64,000 nucleotides of DNA, from NCBI GenBank assembly GCA_010093815.1, contig ML996576.1; one strand, 5' to 3'. A program made the translations under genes and the position numbers. The stretch's first letter is position 1. Each line of letters opens with the position of its first letter. Positions 59,106 to 64,000 of this stretch are shown here, one piece after another. The DNA is from Pseudovirgaria hyperparasitica (Eukaryota). Below the pieces are notes generated by a model. The model was not told where the DNA came from. It was given only the letters and a program-made list of their open reading frames with translations, and did no database searches.

Positions 59106-61233
59106 ATGTTCATACCACGGGAAGCTGGCTCCTCCGATCTCACATTTTTTTTAGACTCGTATACATCCATAGCACTCGAGACATCGGCTCATTTACCCAA
59201 GAAGGGCGCAGGGAGCTGGTCCTCGCTGATCGGCATTGTCGCAGCACTCGTGGGCAACGTTCTCATCAGCGTCGCGCTGAATATCCAGCGCTACGCACAC
59301 ATCAGACTGGAACGAGAAGCAGAGGAGAAAGAGAGGCGGCTGAAGAGAGAGCGTGCAGAGATTGAGAGTGCAGGGTATGGCACGAATGGCGTTGGGTCAC
59401 AGTCTATAGATGATATGGATGGAAAGAGGAGTAACGGGAAGAATGTTGATGGTCATGGGGGTGATGCAGATAGCATTGATACTGGAGAGGCAGAGCCGCT
59501 TCTGTCGAGGTCTGGTCACGGACGCGCATCGAGCGACTCGGAGGCTACAATTCGACCTGATAGCGATGAGCTGCGCACGACGAATTACCTCAAGTCGCCG
59601 TACTGGTGGACTGGTATCATACTTATGATCATCGGAGAGGCCGGAAACTTCCTCGCGTACGGCTTCGCTCCCGCTTCGATCGTCTCACCCCTCGGAGTCG
59701 TTGCTTTGATCTCAAACTGTATCGTCGCGCCTATCATGTTCGGCGAGGTGTTTAGGAAGCGGGATTTCTTGGGCGTGTTGATCGCGGTCGGAGGTGCTGT
59801 GACGGTGGTGTTGAGCGCGAAGAGCGATAACCCAAAGCTGGGGCAACATGAGATATGGGACGCAATTTCACGGACAGAATTCGAGGTCTACCTCGGGATT
59901 ACCTGTGGCCTGATCGTAGTGTTGATGGTGCTGAGCGGGAGATACGGAGCAAAGTCGATAGTGATTGACTTGGGGCTTGTTGGATTATTTGGTGGGCTCT
60001 TTTCTCGATATCAATTTCAAAGGCCATTTCTGACTTATCATAGGCGGCTATACAGCCCTATCAACCAAAGGCGTCGCCTCTCTCCTCTCCTACAGGTTCT
60101 GGCGCATCGTTACTTTCCCCGTAACCTACCTTCTCGCCTTCATCCTCATCTTCACGGCCGTCATGCAGATCAAATACGTCAACCGCGCCCTCAAGCGCTT
60201 CGACGCAACTCAAGTCATCCCCACGCAATTCGTCCTCTTCACCCTCTCAGTCATCCTCGGCTCCGCAATCCTCTACCGCGACTTCGAACGCACAACCCCG
60301 GAAGACGCCGGCAAATTCATCGGCGGCTGCGCCATGACCTTCGCAGGCGTGTGGCTCATCACATCCGGCCGCCCGCGCCCGGCCGACGACGAAGAGCGCG
60401 GCCCGGAGCCCCCAGACGCAATCGACCTTGCAACCGGTGACCCCTACACCGACACGCCCGAAACTCCAAAAGCCCGCAAGCGCAGCAACTCGCCTCGATC
60501 ACCTCCCTCATCGGCATCCCGCACCCTCGACCCCCCCTCCTCCCCACGTCCATCAACACCTTCCTCCCCATCCCATACAGCGACCCCCTCCCGCTCCGGT
60601 ATCCCCTCCCCATACACCTCCCTCCACCGCGCCATAACATCTCCCCCTCTCCCTCCCCTCGCACCCACAACCCCATCCGCCTCCCTCAGCACGCCCAACC
60701 TCCCAATCCCAACCATCCTCTCCTCCTCCCGCCCCTCTACGCCCACACCCACAACCCCTCGCCCACACACAACCCGCATCGCCTCCGACGTCGTCCTCGA
60801 CGCCCCCAGCACCCCCGTCGCCCAACGCCTCGTCAATGAACGCACCGCTGCGTCCTCGAAACACTCCCCCGCGCCCCCGCTCCTCATGAATAGCCCTCTG
60901 ACGGGTAGTCTGAGCGCTATGGTGGATAGTCTGCGGAGGGGTCATAGTGTGCGTGGACGGCGGAGTGTGGAGCGTTTGGGTGTGATGAGGTCTGGGACGG
61001 GGGAGAGTGGGGTGGATGATATGAGGCGGGGTGGTGGTGGTGGGAGGGAGGGAGAGGAGCAAGAGGACGACGAGAGGAGGAGGATTGTGAGGGGGCGTAG
61101 TCTGAGTAATACGTTGGGTGAGTGGGTGAGGGGGTTTATTGGTGATGGGGCTGGGGATGAGAGTGGTGGGAGTGGTAATGGGAATGGGACCGGACCTGGG
61201 AGCGGAAGTGGAGGGACAAATGCGATACAATGA
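59106..61233 (+). CDS. NIPA-like (DUF803) magnesium transporter family protein
   Basis: GNVLISVALNIQRYAH, YLKSPYWWTG..MIIGEAGNFLAYGFAPASIVSPLG, then after intron ~59992-60042 GGYTALSTKGVAS, MQIKYVNRAL.RFDATQVIPTQFVLFT; long disordered tail. Confidence 0.9.
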
Positions 61234-61749
61234 GACGCAATAAGATAATAGATGATGATAATGTTGTATGTCCGCAGGGGAGAGGGTGGTCAGGCGTTAT
61301 ATAGCATAGCATTTTCTACAGCGGGCGGGCAGAGCATAAGTCAGCCAGCGTACATGTACGTACATACGGGACTGTATTGGAATGGAGTGGTATAGAACAT
61401 GTGCACGATCAAAATCCAACCTTGCCTGTACAGCAAGTGTAGAGTGTATATGCAAAGAAGGCAAATAGTGAAGTCAATAGTCGAGTGGTGGTATATCGCT
61501 AATATCAAAATCAATGGCCTCGAGCTCCCCCTGCCCTCCTGAAAATAAAAGTCTAGGCTGTTAATATGCCCTCATTCAGTCGCGACAGAGCCAGAGGCTA
61601 GTATACGCCGACGCCAACAGCCAGTCTCAACGCCTCGGCCGTCTGCTCGAGATCTCGCAACATCTGTATCAGCGTCAACCACGCCACTACCAATCGCCAG
61701 CCGTACACAAGACGCTGCACCTATTCAAAAAGAAACACAGTACTGTCAG

Positions 61750-63203
61750 TCATGAGCCAAACAGCTTTCTCCATAGGGACTTTATTTGAATTACCACAAA
61801 CGACACGGCAAGTGCTGGCAGTAGTATCTGCACAAACTCATACGGCGCCGCCGGTTTCACGGCCGTCTCGACGACTTTCATGTCCTGAGCCGGGAAATCG
61901 AATTGGTAGCCGTCCTCACTCTGCGGTGGGTGGTCGGCCAGGAACCGCTCGACGTCACCGTCGTCGTTTGCGTTGAAGCTACCGTGCGTCATGTACCTGT
62001 CCATCAACGCGTCTTTCTCACGCCATCGGTCCATGAGCCAGTTATAAAATCGCTTCTCGGCCTTCGCTTCGGCATCGGGGCCGATGTCGTCGGTCGGGAG
62101 TGGATGAAGTGGGATCGAGGACATAGGAAAGCGCCGCCAATGAAGGGAAACAGATTTAGGGGGGCGGCCTTCGAAGTATGTGCTACGGAGCGTAAAGACG
62201 TCTTGACCATATTCACCTGGTCTGAGAAAGTCAGCTCGCGTTGCGGAGGTAGACAGTATAGACTTACGGAACGCCTTCGTAGGCCATGGTACAATCATAC
62301 ACGTGGTCGACAGACTTGTCGAGCTGACGGAGTGTGAACAACAAGCCTTTTGAACGTGGGAGCAAACAGTGTTTCAAGTCCTGCTCGCCGCTTTTACTTG
62401 CCCACTTGGCGCTGCCGTTGCGTCCGTTGAACGACAGGTTTGTGCCTTCTGGAAACATGAGAAACCACATTGGGTTCAGGGTTGTCTTTCCCGGTGCGAC
62501 TTGAGCGTTGAGCTGTTCGAGCCGACGCCTCATCCTTTTTTCGTCGTTGGCCCACTTCCGGTCCATGAAGACGAATCCATAGAGCGTCATGCCTTGTCCG
62601 ATGACTGGAATGAATTGGAGGGACCGCTTGAGCATTATGTAGATGTAGCCGTGCACTTTATTGGCGTAGGCCATCCACCACAAATAGATCCAGTCAGTGT
62701 AGATCTGTTTTTGTTGATTAGAGTCTTATCGCTCGACTAAAAGAAGAGCCTACCTGGTGGTTCGCAATCATGACCATCCTTGGGGAGAATGTGGTCTCCA
62801 ATCGCCCATCGCTAGTCTGCTTGAGCTGCCCTTCGACACTCTTGTCTCCGTACACTCGCATGATGGTCGGGCTCCACAGCTCGGTCATGAAGATCAGGAC
62901 CAGGGCAAAATGCTCTTTCGTCCATGCCATCCACCGGTAGTAGTATGCTTTGTTCCAGAGGTATAGTGGGAGGCCCAACAATTGTGTTGAGAATATCCTA
63001 GTAACTCGTCAGATTTCCCCCCAGCTCTTGCCTATGTGTGTTACCTACAGAAGACTGCATGTGAAAAAATACAGGCCAAACAGGACCATGAGTATGCCTT
63101 GCTTGCTCCCACCATGCTTAATCGGGCCCGCCGGATGTCCCTCGTCAACCTTCGATGACGTGGTAGTGGCCGGTCGGCGCTGTCGCAGCTCGCCTGAATC
63201 CAT
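61750..63203 (-). CDS. PlsC-domain lysophospholipid acyltransferase (Cst26/Psi1/LCLAT1-like)
   Basis: Catalytic ANHQ|IYTDWIYLWW, F.FMDRKW..D, FPEGTNLS, LLPRSKGL, VYDCTMAYEG, WLMDRWREKD; three introns. Confidence 0.9.
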
Positions 63204-63639
63204 AGTATATAAAGCTATATAAAGCTTTAGTAGACTAGCTGGGTGCTCCAATGGGTATATGCAGAGGCTCTAGGGCTTTATCAAGAGCCAGTATAGATCG
63301 CGTGCTCGGAGGATAGGTCTATCGCGGAGACTGGAGAAGCTGCTAGGGAAATGAAGCTGCGGCCTCGAGCAGGTAGGGAATCGTGTGCGGACGAAGAGCG
63401 TTTCATTGCATGGTTGAGGTAGGGGGCAGGACTGGGAAGATGGTTTAACGCTCTGACCAGCAGGCAACAGTGAGTAGTAGGAATGTGGAGGCGGAGTAGG
63501 AGTTAGGAATGAGATATGAATGAGGGAGACTTGGCACTCAGAGCATGGGATCATGTCACCTAACATCCGGGGTGGGGCTGGCTTATCTTAGCTGGAGTAC
63601 CTCAGGCACTCAAACCCAACCCCTTTGCCAAGCCGCTAA

Positions 63640-63850
63640 TTACATACATTCTAACAGAGAGTCTAAAACTTGTTAGATCCTCAATTATCTAAGATTATGT
63701 ATGAAATATACTTATTATTAGTCTTATTCTATACTAGCTATATAAAGTTATATATGATACAGATAAAGTATCCAAAGAAGAGTAGTCTTGTATATTAATG
63801 ATACGCTAGATACTCATTTTCTATGTGCAAGAGTACTCTTACACCAAGGC
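63640..63850. repeat. AT/TpA-rich RIP-like relic
   Basis: ttattattagtcttattctatactagctatataaagttatatatg; no ORF. Confidence 0.4.
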
Positions 63851-64000
63851 CATACCTACCCTCATACAACCCTGACTGATGTTCGATATTGGGGATGGGC
63901 TGGCAGTCAGTCGTACTTACAAACCGGTAGAGACGTTAATTAATGACGAACCATGTGATCATTGAATCTCATCGCTTTCGTGTGGGATTTCTCGAATGCA

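Overview
Intron-containing genomic DNA from a filamentous ascomycete (Pezizomycotina-type GT..CTRAC..YAG introns of about 45-100 nt). Two blocks of conserved housekeeping genes flank an orphan-rich block. Left block: PET127, PH/LRR protein, Rcf3-like, derlin, SIS1-type DnaJ, CBF5, ankyrin protein, secreted HExxH metalloprotease, STE3 pheromone receptor and a conserved membrane protein. Right block: RIM1, MTO1, NIPA-type Mg transporter and a Cst26-like acyltransferase. The middle ~25 kb (29.5-53.5 kb) holds six lineage-specific-looking genes, all on the minus strand. Main discovery: after manual splicing, three of these genes (31377-34189, 37102-40171, 45630-47996) plus a fourth at the left edge (1-1112) share one divergent domain I do not recognise as a named family (G.P..G..G..L..xP[FW]LP..I......W.......G....D[IV]..R...L[SA][MN]RA.R). 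In the two larger copies it follows a low-complexity N-terminal arm, and in a third it precedes an acidic tail. Second discovery: a well-formed candidate H/ACA snoRNA inside the long derlin intron, with a pocket complementary to a conserved LSU rRNA segment. Also present: an MFS pseudogene, RIP-like AT-rich relics, a 1455-aa Gln-rich repeat protein and a probable GC-AG intron in MTO1. No CRISPR array, tRNA, rRNA or intact transposase was seen. All homology calls are by eye; no database search was run.
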